Shown piece by piece: positions 1 to 12,200 of a stretch of 64,000 nt of DNA (its first letter is position 1; every line of letters starts with the position of its first letter). A model generated the notes under the pieces. The model was not told the origin of the DNA and ran no database searches. It saw only the letters and a list, made by a program, of their open reading frames with translations. Origin of the DNA: Bilabrum cf. latius (lineage: Eukaryota). The stretch spans positions 2,542,001-2,606,000 of the forward strand of contig OZ237735.1 of assembly GCA_965178125.1 (NCBI GenBank), in the 5' to 3' direction. The translations under genes and the position numbers were made by a program.

Positions 1-3000
1 ACAGCCTCTGCAGCCCCTCCGAGATGGCTTGCACCGGCAGCCCGTCGTGGTCGGACCTCCGGCCCTCGTACCGGTTCGTGCGATTGTTCCAGTGCTTGCC
101 GAGGCACATCATCCTGCAGTGCAGCTTGGCACCGTCCTTGAATGTCGGCCGGTAGAAGCCCGCCTTGCCCGCGCCGAGCTGACGGACCTCGGCCGCAATC
201 GACCGGCCAAGCTCGCCGTCCAGAGCGCCGGGCAGCAGCACGGCACCTGCAATGATGCGACGGGCAGAGGCAGCCTCGCTTGCGGGGGGCCTGGAAGGCA
301 GCTGCTTCAGCTGCTCTAGCAGCGAGAGCGGCTGGAATCGGGCCAACACAGAGGCGACCGCCGGGGCCGGCCCTTGCGTGGCCGCACTCGAGCCTACATC
401 TCCGGCTTTCTCGATCTCCTCCAAGGCGGCCCGTGCCGCTCGAAGCTCGGGGAACACTTTCCTCCCCTTGGACCGTCGCATGGCCCAGGGAACAAGGTCC
501 TCTTTGCGACGCGGGGGTCCGACCCACTCGCTGTCCGGAGCGTCCGGTCGCTTCCTCCACAGGTCGAACACAGGGGTGGATTCGGCCTTCTTCCTGCGCT
601 CTCGTTCCTCTCTCTTGGCTGCTTCCCTCGCTTCCTGCTCGGATACAAGTGCCTAAGCGGGTCGCCACGACAGGTCAACCGGTCTGAGGGGGGAGGAACC
701 GGTGCGCACCGCCGCCGCGGGCGCGAGGCGGCACAGCGCGTGGGATTGCCTGAAGCTAGAGGACGCAGACGAGGGCTACGATGCACCCCCAGGCGCCCTC
801 CCTAGCTGCCATACCTCTTCCGCCCTGACGGATGGCTCCTGTCCCGGCGACCCTACCGCGCAGGGCCTCTCCACCATCCAGAGGAACGGCTCGCTGTACT
901 GCGCGACCGAGGTGGCGTCGATCACGCGGCGGCGGTACTCGTCCCGCGGGAGGCACTGCCGCACGTCTACCCGGGCGAGCACGCAGCCCGTGGGGTACGA
1001 GAGGCTGTCGTGCGAGGGCGCGTCGTCGAGCTGGCCATACATGCTGGCGAAAGAGGCCCATTGCGCGCTGATTTCCTTGGCAGTCGGCTTCTTGGAGGAC
1101 GCAACAATCCACAACCCGCCCCGGTGCGACGTCTGGAAGGACTGTCCTATGAATCGTTGCATCCCGCTAGCGACAAACGTGGCCTGCGGCTGGTCCAGCA
1201 CGAGACAGGCATCAGAGAGTCCCGCTGCTGTGCCGTCCTCCGTGGACGCTGCACCTTCGAGAAACGCTGGTCGAGGGAACACACGCTAGGAGCCACTGCT
1301 CGTTGAAGCGGAAGAAGAGCCGGCACCAGAGGATGCTACGGCGGCCAGGGCGTCGTCCGTGGCTCGCCTGGCACTGGCAGCCGCACTGCTCGGCGGCATG
1401 GCGTCGACGAGACCCCTGGGGTCGGCCGCAAGCGCGCCGTTCAGGTCTGCGGGCGCGTTGCCCGGCAAGAAGCCTGGCTCGCTGGGATCACATTCAGGCA
1501 GGGGCTCCCCGCGGATGGCGTGCGCCAGCCGCACACCGTCTCCTGGGAACGTCCAAAAACTGTCCTGTTTCGACGACGACGACGAGGACTGTCCAGCCTT
1601 GCCATCCTGGAAGCCTGGCCTGTCAGACGGTCCGCACAAAGAAGCGTCGGCCGCATGAGCAGCACTAAGGAGAGCACGAGGAGGCCACATGAGGACGTGC
1701 TGTGACGCACCAGGCACGCGCCTCGCCGGGGCGCCGTTGGCCCCTGCCGCGGACGGCTGCACCGACCGCCGAATGGCCTCGTCGATCTCGTCCTCGTCCA
1801 CGTCTCGGAGAGCCCTTCGATTCGCCGCGTCGCCTCCATTGATCAGTCCCACTCCCACAAACACGGAGGCGGAGACGGTCGTCCCGGCTCCCCTCGAGGA
1901 GGTCGACCGACCTGCGCGCGCAGCTGCAAGGGAGGTCCCGGCCAGCCGACCGCCGGCTCCCTCCGGGCCGCTCTCGTCGTCGAAGGGGTCCGAGTGCTGA
2001 AGCTTGCTGCGCTGCGCACCGCCCGCGGAACCGAACTCAGATTCATAGTCGTACCCATCAGCAGCCCCCGCCCGGCGATCGTCACTCCAAGCACCCCCGC
2101 AGGATCGAATCACATCCTTGGCAGCCTGAGAGGCGGCATCACGAGCAGCACCTGTCACTCCGGTGCCAGTGGCCCGACCCAGCGCTCCGGCAGCAACAAC
2201 CTCCATGCGCTTGCGTGCTTTCCTCTCGTGCTACGAAAGGATGGCCTTGTAGATTTCCGACGCGCGGCCCGACAGCGTGGTATTCACGTAGTCATCGCCG
2301 TCCGCACCTGCCTCCCCGCCATCGGTAGCGGCATCCATCGCACCAGCCCCGGCGCCGCCACCAATGCCGTCCAGCGCGTCATCGATGGCCCGCTCCTGTT
2401 CCCTGCGCTTCCGTCGCAGCATGGCTTCTACCGTTTCGTCCTCCGAGTCGCTGTCCCGCAGGCCGCCCGTCTCCTCCTGGGCCTTGAGCGCCGCCTGCTG
2501 CATCCTCGCAGCGTATGCAAGCCCCGCCGCTCCCACCAGCCGGCCGGATTGCGCGCCTACAGTGACCGAGTTGGCGGGCCCTGCCAGAGCCTCTGCCGTG
2601 AGGCCTCCTCCAGCCCCTGCGCCAGACGAGGGCACGCCGACGTGCCTCTTCATCAGGTCGTCCACTGCCTGCTGCCTCGCCTGCCCTGCGTCCGCCACCG
2701 TCAGTGCACCACCACCGAAGGTGATGTTGAGGTAAGTTCCCTGATGCAGGCCGGACTGCCGCTGCCTGCGCTCCTCGTCCGCCTTCCGTGCAGCCTGGCG
2801 CTCCGCCTCGGTGAGGAATGCGGAGGTCTGCGCCGAGTAAAAGTCGTTCTGGCTGTCGATAACGGATGTCATGGCCGCACGATTCCTGTCTTGCTGCACC
2901 AGCCACTGCGTCTAGCGAAACGCAGCCATGTGGGCGTCGGAAAGCACACCAGACGCCGCGGCTGCACCGGCAGCAATCGGCAGCGCAGAAGCAGCCACGG

Positions 3001-5089
3001 GGCCGGGGACTCCTGCGCTGGCTGCCGAGGCGGCTGCCAGCGAATCTCGGCCCAGTCCCGCCGGAGCCTGGCTGGCAGCACCCGCACCTGCGGCACCCCA
3101 CTTGGACGCAGGTGCAGCAGCCTCGGGCTCCATGCCCGCGAGTGTCGCCTTGCCAGACTTGCTACGAACGATGGGGTTGCTGCGGGTGGGCGCCGACGCT
3201 CTAGACGACTTGCCCGCCCGCCACTCCGGCAGGTCCTCCTTGGGCGCGCCAGAGGCAATCTTTGCAAAGCTCTTGGTGGTTTTCGGCCGCGGCATCGCAG
3301 CGCCCGCATGTTGCTAGGCAGCAGCGGCAGCGGCAGACTGCGATTCTGCGTGCTGCCTCGAGACGAGTGCCTGCGCCGCACTCCCTTGGATCCGAAGCCT
3401 GGCCTCTCTCGCCATGGCCTCGGCCTCGTGCATGGGCACGTTGTGCGCCATGCGACCAGCCAGCGGGTCGATGCCCATGCGCAGGAGCTTCTCGTCTGCG
3501 CGAGGGTCCGCGTCTGTCACCAGCTCCCTGGGCCCCTGGGCCCCTTCATCGATGTCAGAGACCTCCGGAGCCAAGAAACCCAGCCCCTTGCCGCTGGCCA
3601 CGGCTCGCTCCGCTTTGAGCCGGCGCCTGGCGTTGGCCGACATGCGCACCTCGTCCCCCTTGTGCAGCCCCAGCGGGTCCGACTTGCGCGTGATAGTGTC
3701 GAATGTCTTGCCGCCCTCTTCGCTCGCGCTGTCAGTTCTTCTGTTCGCAAAGGCCAGCGGTGCAGACCCAGAGAGCACGGCACCGGCGCCTGCGTCCCCT
3801 CCCAGGAGGCTCTGGGAGGCGCTCGCGTGTTCCCTGAGCAAAATGTCCGAGTGGTGCTCCGTGACCACGGAGGCACGCTCCCTGGCATCCTGCACCTGCG
3901 ACTTGCTCGGCGAAATGTGCTCCAGGGGCGCCCCGCAGCTCGAGCAGAACCTGCCTGCCTCCCTCTCGCACAGCACCTTGCCGCAGCACAAGCAGTTGGT
4001 CCACAGGGCGTGAAGCGTGCCCATGCAGGAGCAGTACGGGCCCCGCTCCAGGCTGGCACGGGAGCTCCCCCCTTTATCTCTAAGGTCCATCACGTGTGCT
4101 TTGGTGCCCAGCGCGCCCGTGTCCCCGCCAGCCTCCGCACCGTCTCCATCCGTGGCCCCTGCCCCCCAGCCAGCGGCCCCGCCACCCGACTGCTGGCCCC
4201 CATCGCTGGCACGCACAGCTGCCCGCACTCTAAAGCCCAGGTCAAGACCGCTCTCTCCCGCTGTAATGTATCGCATGGCTTCTTCTTCCTACTTTCTGCC
4301 CTCAGACGCACCTGCAGTGAGACTGTCCCCGGCCTCGGTTGCCGGCCCCCCGCTGTCCCCTCCTCCTCCTCCTCCCATGAGCTTGCGGGCCGCTGCATCT
4401 GCCTCTGCAGCGGCAGCAATGGCGCGATCAGTTTTGGGGGGCGCCGGGGCACCGCCACCGGGAGTAGCACCAGGGGGCACCCCAGCCTCCCAAGTGGACG
4501 AGGTGGACCCAGACTGGCCAGTCGCCTAGTGCTGCTTCTGGGCGAGATCTTCTGCGGCCTGTCCCAGGCCAGCGAGCAATCCCATTCCACTAGATGCCTC
4601 AGCGTCCCGGCTCACAAGCCGGAGGCCAGTCTTTTTCGAGTCTGGTTGCGATGCGTCGGAACGGCTGCCGTCAGAGGCACTGTCAGCCCGGGCAGTGCGT
4701 CCGCGCTTTGACTTCTTCTATTTCTTCCGATTTCGCTTTGATTTAGACTCTCGGTCGCTCTTCGACAGTGCTGCCATGATTCCATGCCTTGTGCGAGGCA
4801 CGCTGCCTGAATCAGGCTGCGGCAGAGTTGGCTCGCTCGCATGCGGAAGGCCAGCAAACGCAGCTGGCCGAGGCGGTGGTGAGCGCTACCTTGCCGCAGA
4901 TATCTAACTAATAACTCGCCTGCACCTGTCGGTACCGATAAGGTTGCTCAAAAACTCGCGTAGATCGTCCAACTGCTGCGCTGCAGCGTGAGAAACAACA
5001 TCAGGATCGGCTTCTCCCAATTTCAAACTCAGCTCATGCTCAAGTATTTCCCTTTCGGATGAATTCGGTGGAGCAAAAGGAAGTGACAT
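1..5089 (-). CDS. TRIP4: Activating signal cointegrator 1 (TRIP4/ASC-1)-like protein: C2HC5 zinc finger + ASCH domain + C-terminal AlkB-like 2OG-Fe(II) dioxygenase domain; 3' end runs off the window
   Basis: One frame from ATG 5089 to base 1 with no TAA/TGA and 11 in-frame TAGs (e.g. 4904, 4289, 3314, 2912, 2231, 1286, 776, 653). Zinc finger CSCMGTLHALWTNCLCCGKVLCEREAGRFCSSCG (~3925-4040); ASCH motifs CLVLDQPQATFVASG...HRGGLWI...YPTGCVLARVDV (~930-1215); GFYRPTFKDGAKLHCRMMCLGKHW at ~90-160 resembles plant ALKBH1-type proteins. Confidence 0.85.
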
Positions 5090-5438
5090 GCTTTACTACA
5101 GCCAGGAAATATGATTCTGAACTGCCAGGAACATGGAGGTTCGCCACGGAATCTGGAACGTTCGCTGGAATTTTTACTGCCGCGGTTTGCCCTTTTCCTG
5201 ACGCCCACAGGCTGCCTTATTGCAGCTGTCGAGCATTAACTGGTGAATCCGAATCCGCAATGTATGTCTTGCCTTATTTCATTGTTACAACATAGCCAAC
5301 CTCGCTGGTGGGGGTGAGCCGTGGGCGAATAGCGCGACCACTCGCCGCTGCCAGCGTTGCGACCAAGTGGCGCTCACTTGAATCCGCAGGCTCTGCTCAC
5401 CTTCAGCAACTGCATCTCAAAAGCCGCTAGTTTGCAAC

Positions 5439-5921
5439 ATGATTGGCCACAAAAGAAGGCAAGCTCTTGCTACACTATTTGAAGAAACAGAGAATCTGAT
5501 TGCTTGCTCCCTCGAGGTGCGCGGCCATGCCCAAGCGCAATCCGCTGCCATGCTCACACAAGCGACGCGATCACCTGCCGCAATATGTCATAGGCAGTAG
5601 ATTGGAACGCAATATCAAACTCCAAACACACCAATGAGCTTAATTAGTAGCTCTACTGCAGGCCTTGAAGCTCTTCAAAGCACGAGAAAGGCACAAGCAA
5701 GTGAGCACGGTGCGAGCAAGCCAGCGTCACAACGAAGCGTGAGTGGCCATGGCTACGCACATGCGAGCTAGGAGCGGATGAAAGTTGCCACAGGAGAACT
5801 AAATCCGACTGACGTTAGCGGCGTTCTTGAGCTTGGATCGAAAGGAAGCAGGCCAGCAGTGCTAAAGCAGAGCGAGCAGCGTCCGACTGCTCGATCTCTT
5901 CTAGAAGAGCTTGGACTGTGA
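5439..5921 (+). CDS. Hypothetical protein (~160 aa with TAG=Gln); a 5' exon may exist
   Basis: ATG 5439 to TGA 5919-5921, open except for two TAGs. A GTGAG...CCGCAG intron-like segment lies upstream (~5314-5389). No recognisable motif. Confidence 0.35.
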
Positions 5922-6282
5922 TGGAGGGGTCCTAGAGATTCTACTACCCTTGCCTAGCTTGAAGTGCTGGCGCTGTTTTTGCACTGCGCAATCATTTAGG
6001 CAGCTCTCTTGTCCTGCGCAGCGTCGAGGCGTCGTTGGACCTGGTGTCTGAGCACCCAGCCAGTGGCCCGGGGTGGCAGCCACGGGCAGCGCTGGCAACG
6101 CTGGAAGGCCCAACATGCTGAGCATCGGATGCTGGCAGTATTGCGCTTATGATCAGGCGTCTAGGAACTATCCAATCAGCTGTCACTGGCATTGATTTTA
6201 TAGCGTGTATTTAAAAGAAATCATATTTTATGGTTTCACGGTTCCAATACTTACTGTTCAAGGTCTCCACGTCTCTCTCAGA

Positions 6283-9177
6283 ATGATAACGCTGGTATCC
6301 ACTTTACTAGCTGCATCAATATGTTGCTCACTATCATCTGCCGCCAGTTTGGATCGCGTAGAATGTATTGCAGACGACGGATCATTCATTCGCCTTGAAG
6401 GTCTCGAATCTGGCGTGATACGAGCCCGGATTGCCAAAAATACCACTGTTTTCGATCCAAGGTAGCCCGGTGCGCTTCTACCGAGAATTATGGAGGCAGG
6501 TTCGTATCCCCCGAGTGGCTCTGTTGCGTCCTGCGGTGGTTCTAAGGTGTCTGCTGGCGACATCACTGCCGCTGTCCATGCTGGCACTGGGCTACTGTCC
6601 TTCGTTACCAGCAGCACCGACAACGAACCATCAACTATTTTGAATGAAACAGCTCGTACGTTCGGTGAACCTGCGTTTAACAAGTACAAGACGTTCGATC
6701 TAGCTGGAGCTGGCGCAGCCTGTACCACTCCAAATTCTAGCGCTTGCTGCATGGATCTTTCGAACTGGCACACAGAGCCGCACTCCGCCGTGGCGATATC
6801 AAACTGCCACCCAGCTTCTAACGGGATGAACCAGCAGTGGCAGTGGGATTCGATCAGCGGGCTGGTGCGCGTGCACCTCAACACTAGCAACTGCCTAGCG
6901 CGGTCCAACCACACGTCCCGCGGACCTGCCGGGAAATCCGGTGCCCTCGGGGTGGAAGTGAACCAGTGCAACTCAAGCGATCCCAACTAGATCTGGGATA
7001 AAGAGTCACCGGCCCTCGACGGGGCAGGCGGCTTCCTCCTGTGCCTCAAGACCAAAGACACCCAGAGCGGGTGCGTCGCTGCAGACGTAGAGCAAGGCGG
7101 CTCGTTCAAAGACGGGACACCGCTCGCGGTGGTGCCAAGGGGGACGATCCCGGCTGGTGACCCTCGGCAGACGTGGATGGCCAACAACATCACCTTTCCC
7201 CCTAGGGCGCAGGTGAGTTTCACGCTGGCCGACCGCGTGCTGGGATTCGGTGAGCACCAGAACGGGCAGCTGAACAGCAGAGGGCTCGCGTTCGACATGG
7301 AGAGCTGTCTCGAGTACTCTAAGTCGCACGGTGGGGAAGTTTGCCTGCCGTACATCCTTGGGTGGTCAAACGCCACCAACGCACCGTCGTACGGCATGCT
7401 CTGGAACATGCCGTCGTATGGCGGGGCCTCCTTCGGCGCCACAACAAAGGACCTGCGCGACTCGATGCACCTGAATTCACAGGACGTACCGCCACAAGGA
7501 ACAGAAGAAGAACGGGTCCCTGCCCAGGCACGCCACCATGCAGCCGCGCTGTCCAAGGGGTACGCCTCGCCTGATGCTGACACCATGACGTGGACGGCTG
7601 ACGGGTGGAACTAGTACGAGATCGTTGTGATCGCACCTGGCGCGAGCACTGCAGGATTTTCATCAAGCAAGGACACCGATGCTAGCAACACACCCCTTCC
7701 CGCTAGCTCCATCATGCAGCGATACGGATCGGTGGTGGGGACTGCCCCCACCATGCCCGAGTGGGCGCTGGGGTACTGGCACTCCAAGAACAGGTACTCC
7801 ACGCAGGCTGACTTTCAGAACGCAGTGCAGGGTTTCGTGTCGCGGGACATCCCAATCAACATCGCGGTGATCGACTATAACCACTGGAAGCACATGGGCG
7901 ACTGGACGTTCGACCCGACCTACTGGCCGAACCCTGCCGGAATGGTGCAGAACATATCGGCGGCTTGCGAGCAGAACGGGCTCAGTCCCGAGGATGAGCG
8001 CTGCGTACGAATTATGGTGTCCGCATGGCCCTTCAGCGCGATCGGCTCTGATACATACGACTACATTGCATCCGCTGGGCTCGGGGTGAAGAACTCGACG
8101 GCAACCCAGTCTGGCGGGCAGGCGCTGCCACCGATCCAGTGGCCCGATCCCAACTGCCACACGCCAAAGTGCTGGCTGTACGACCCCACTCACGACGCAG
8201 CCCGCGACTTCTACTGGAGCCGCTTGGATGCGGGCTACTACGATCTCGGCATCGACATCTTCTGGCTGGATGCCTCGGAGCCTGAGATCGTGTCAGGGAA
8301 CGGCCCCCCGACGGGCACGCAGTACTCGATTGGGCCACAGAACAAAGTGGGCATGATGTTTCCGTTCTGGCACACGCAGGCAGTGCAAGAAGGTCTGCAC
8401 AACGAGGGCAAGATGGACGTGGTGACCATCACCAGGTCAGCTTGGGCAGGCCAGGCGCGGCACGCCGCCGCCACTTGGAGTGGTGACACACAGTCTACCT
8501 TTGAGAGCTTGCAGGTGTCCGTACCTGCTGGATTGAACTCGCAGATGTCGGGAATCAGCTGGTGGACGCTCGACATTGGAGGGTACTCCGGGGGCGACCC
8601 TCAAAACGAGGAGTTCAACCGCTTGATCGTCAGGTGGTTCGAGTTCGGGCTCACGCTGCCGATCTTCAGACAGCACGGGCAGAGGGACACTGAGCCATGG
8701 GTGCTGGCCAACCAAACGTCATATGATCTAGTCGTGGATCTCATTCGCGCGAGGTACACCCTGTCCGACTACGTGGGCAGTGGGTTGAATGAGACAGCTG
8801 CGACCATGCTGCCTCTGATGCGACCGCTGGCCTGGGACTTCCCATCTGACCCGCAGACAGCCTCCGACCCAGACGCGGCCGGGGCATACCTCTTCGGAGA
8901 CGGGCTGCTGGCGAGGCCAATAGTCAACGACAACGTGACTAGCGTGCAGGTGTACCTTCCCATGGGCCAGGATGGCATGACGTGGATCGACTGCGCTACG
9001 GGGAAGTCATTCGAGGGGGGGCAGTCGGTGAGTCTAGCCGCCCCGTTGGGCAGGCTGCCGCTGCTGAAGAGGAGCGACAGGGCGTATGCTGTGGATGCCC
9101 TCCTGGCCAGTGCCGTGCAAAAGTACCCGAACAAGGCTCTACCAGTCTCCAAGGTGTGCGTGCCAGGGAATGCTTGA
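6283..9177 (+). CDS. Secreted glycoside hydrolase family 31 (alpha-xylosidase/alpha-glucosidase-like) with a ricin-B lectin (beta-trefoil) insert, ~964 aa
   Basis: Signal peptide MITLVSTLLAASICCSLSSA. Four ORF-track pieces share one frame joined by TAGs at 6463, 6988 and 7612; ends in TGA. GH31 motifs PEWALGYWHSK, VIDYNHW, WLDASEPE (nucleophile), WSGDT (acid/base), DIGGY, RWFEFG, MRPLAWDF. QxW repeats NQQW, N-[TAG]-IW, RQTW. Confidence 0.92.
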
Positions 9178-9294
9178 TCAGGTTTGTGGGGTGTTTCGTC
9201 CTCGGATATTGGTCATGGCTGCCTGAATGCGCGACAAATGTCGGAGGAGTCTGCATGAAGAATTACTTGTTCTACGACATGCACCCAATTCAGT

Positions 9295-12200
9295 TCATCC
9301 CTGCTTCCCTTGCTTTGTATGGCCACTACTAGCACCAGCGCCAGCGCCAGCACCAGCACCAGCACAAACACTAGCATCAGCACTAGCACCGCCATGTGCG
9401 GCACCACCCTAGGCAGACTTTCTGGCAACCCTTTCTACCGTGCGCTACTTCGATCTTCTCTTTGCAGCGCTCCTCGCAGCCTTGATGACAGCAAGCTCGG
9501 CCTCGGCCTTGCGCTTGGTAGCCGCGGCTACCGCGAGCCGTCGGGTCAGCTCACGCTGCCGACCCTGCACAGCAGCTGCGTGCTCGCGCTCCCGTTGATC
9601 CTGCCGCAGTACCCTTTCCATCTCTGACACATCGTCATGCAGCGGCAGCTGGAAACTCTTGCGCACCTTGTCGCTCTCTGCGATACACTCACTAGCAGAG
9701 GCTGACCAAATGTCCACTGAGCTAGACGACAGCGCCTGTGCGGATGCGTGGGCCAGCCCGTCGATGTCGGGGCAATCGTTTGGACGGCCAGCTCCTTCAC
9801 GACCACTGAGACCCTCCGAGTCGTCGCCCTGACGCAGCACAGTGTGGGCACGATGCGCAGCGTGAAGCTGGCGGCACACTCTCTCCAGCACACTAGGAGT
9901 CACATGACTCGCCTACGACCAAAGGTGTTCCCGCCACCTGCGTGCTAGCCGTAGCCTCTGCCGCTACCGGTCAGACTGTTGGGATACAGCAGATGCTAGC
10001 TAAGCCAATCGTTCACGCCTCTCGTTGCCTCGTCTGCTGCGTGCCCCACGAGCTCCGTAGTCCTCCTCGTCCTCATCTTCGTCTTGGTCTATATCCATGT
10101 CCTCATCACCATCGCTACCGCTGCCAACTTCGTCCATCCAGCGATAAAATCGCGGTGTGCCCGTCCCACCATCTATGCCATGAGGATTTTCAGCCTGTTT
10201 GCTACCTTCGGGTGGGCTGACAGCACCTGCTGCAACCTGGACATCGTGCCGCATTAGCCCAATCACACCTGCGGCCCCCCGAGTGCCGCCCCATTGGCCG
10301 TTTGATGGGTTTGCACACCCACCTGCCACTTGAAACCCCCCAGCCTTGGCAATGGATCTACTTCCAAAGGCGGCGGTCAAGTATGACACGGCAGAGTCCG
10401 AAGACCCAGTGCTGGCCGTGCTGTGGGTCGAGTCACTCCTTCGCATTCGTCTATCAGGTGGGACTGAGGCTTGTGAGTCGCCAGCAGTGGGTACTGTCGC
10501 AGTTATGTCCCCGCTTCCACGTCCACGGTTCGGTCCTATGCGGCTTCCAGGCTCACTGTCAAGCAGAAGCGAGGGCATTTCGCCGCTCCCAGTGGGAGTG
10601 TGCCCTCTTGGCTGCTGTGCTGGTGTGGGCGGCTCCGTAGTTGCATCCGGCAGAAGGAAAGGAGACGGCGGCGCTGGAGAGTCGTTGGATTCAGCAGCTG
10701 TGCTTGGTGCATCGTTTGCCTGGCCAGAGCTGCCTCTCACTTCAAGGCCTCTGCTGCGGTGTGTGACCGGGCCTTGCATGCCGCGAAGGTACGGCGTGAC
10801 TCCCCCGGCAGGTCGAGGCGGAGTCGCTGACGGACGATGTTCGCCAGTCTGCCTGCCTGCGGTTTCCGTGCTAGGCAGCTGTCGAGTGGCACCGGCACTG
10901 CCGGAGTGCCAATGCAGCGTAGGTCGCCCGATGGCAAGCGGGCTCGTTGGGATTGACCCACGCAGGATTGCCACCTCACCTAGCCCGTCCTGGCCGCTTG
11001 TGCTCTATGCAAGCGTCTCCGAGCCAGTGCGGTGTGGCGAGCTGTCGTCACCCTCTTCGCTACTATCCTCCTCATAGATCACCGATTGCATGGTGCGGTA
11101 GCTTGGGTATCGAACCACCGCCTGACCGTCTCGCGCGCCGCCATCTGTGGCTTGCTACGGCTGTACAGCACCATCAGTGCTTGGGTGCAACTTGTCCAGT
11201 ACTGCTTGAGCTGCTTTCCTTCGGAGCCGCAGCACAAAAAAGACGCTCATGATTGCGCTGCCGAACCAGTCGCTGAGGTGGTCCAAGGTCTCCCTCCTCC
11301 ACAAGAACGAGTCCTGCTGCGTGCTGCTGCTGCTAGCCTCCTCGTGACACATGGTCATGTTCGTTGAAATAAGCCGCAGGACTTCTTGAATCCATGGGTC
11401 TGACATCTTGATGCGCGGCACCGGTCCCTTCGACTGCACCTCTGACTACTCCAGCAGATGTGCTCTCCACTGCGCAACACGCGTGCACGTATCCCAAGCC
11501 TCCTGAAGTCTACCAACGGATAGCTGCTCCAGCGCAGTCAACGCCGCCACCTTGGTCCTCAATGCAACTATCAGTTGCAAGTGCTGAGCGGATCGCAGGG
11601 CGTAGGGCGGGTTGCCCATCCCATCTTCGGAGTCGCCCGGTTCAGTCCATCCCGCCGGCAGCACCCACGGTGCACTCGCAGTGAAGCACCTCCACACTGT
11701 CTCCATAGAAATATCGGAGGCATGATGTTCGGGCCGATTGAACATGCCGCTAGATGCACTAGAAGCAGCTTGCCCACTGCTTCCTTTGGCCTCGTTGTTG
11801 CAATCTCGAGCTTGGCGTTGCCAGACCGAAGCTGCGAAAACAGTCGACCACAATATGCCTTGCAGACTAGATCTGAGGTCAAGAGTGGCTTTGCGAATCG
11901 AGAGAACATCTGCGTACGATAGCAGCTGCTCTTGGCCAACGGATAAGCATAGTGACTTTGGTCCGGATGCGTCGCTCAGTACCTGCTGCTGCGGCGGATT
12001 GGTGGAAACGTCGAGTATCTGCACCGGGTCCTGCCAGCCCAACTGACGGATAAGGTCTGTGCCTGGAACGCGTCTGTTTTCACGAGATTTGAGTGTACCT
12101 TCTCGTGCACAAATCCGCGTCTTGCTTGCTACAGGGAAGGTGGCAATACCGACTTGGGTCTATCTTGCCTCTTGCGGCGGCTCCTCGGACAGATCCACGT

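Noticed and set aside
1994-4711. 905-aa plus-strand ORF
   Set aside because: Antisense shadow of the TRIP4-like gene in GC-rich DNA; Arg/Leu/Pro-rich with no motifs.
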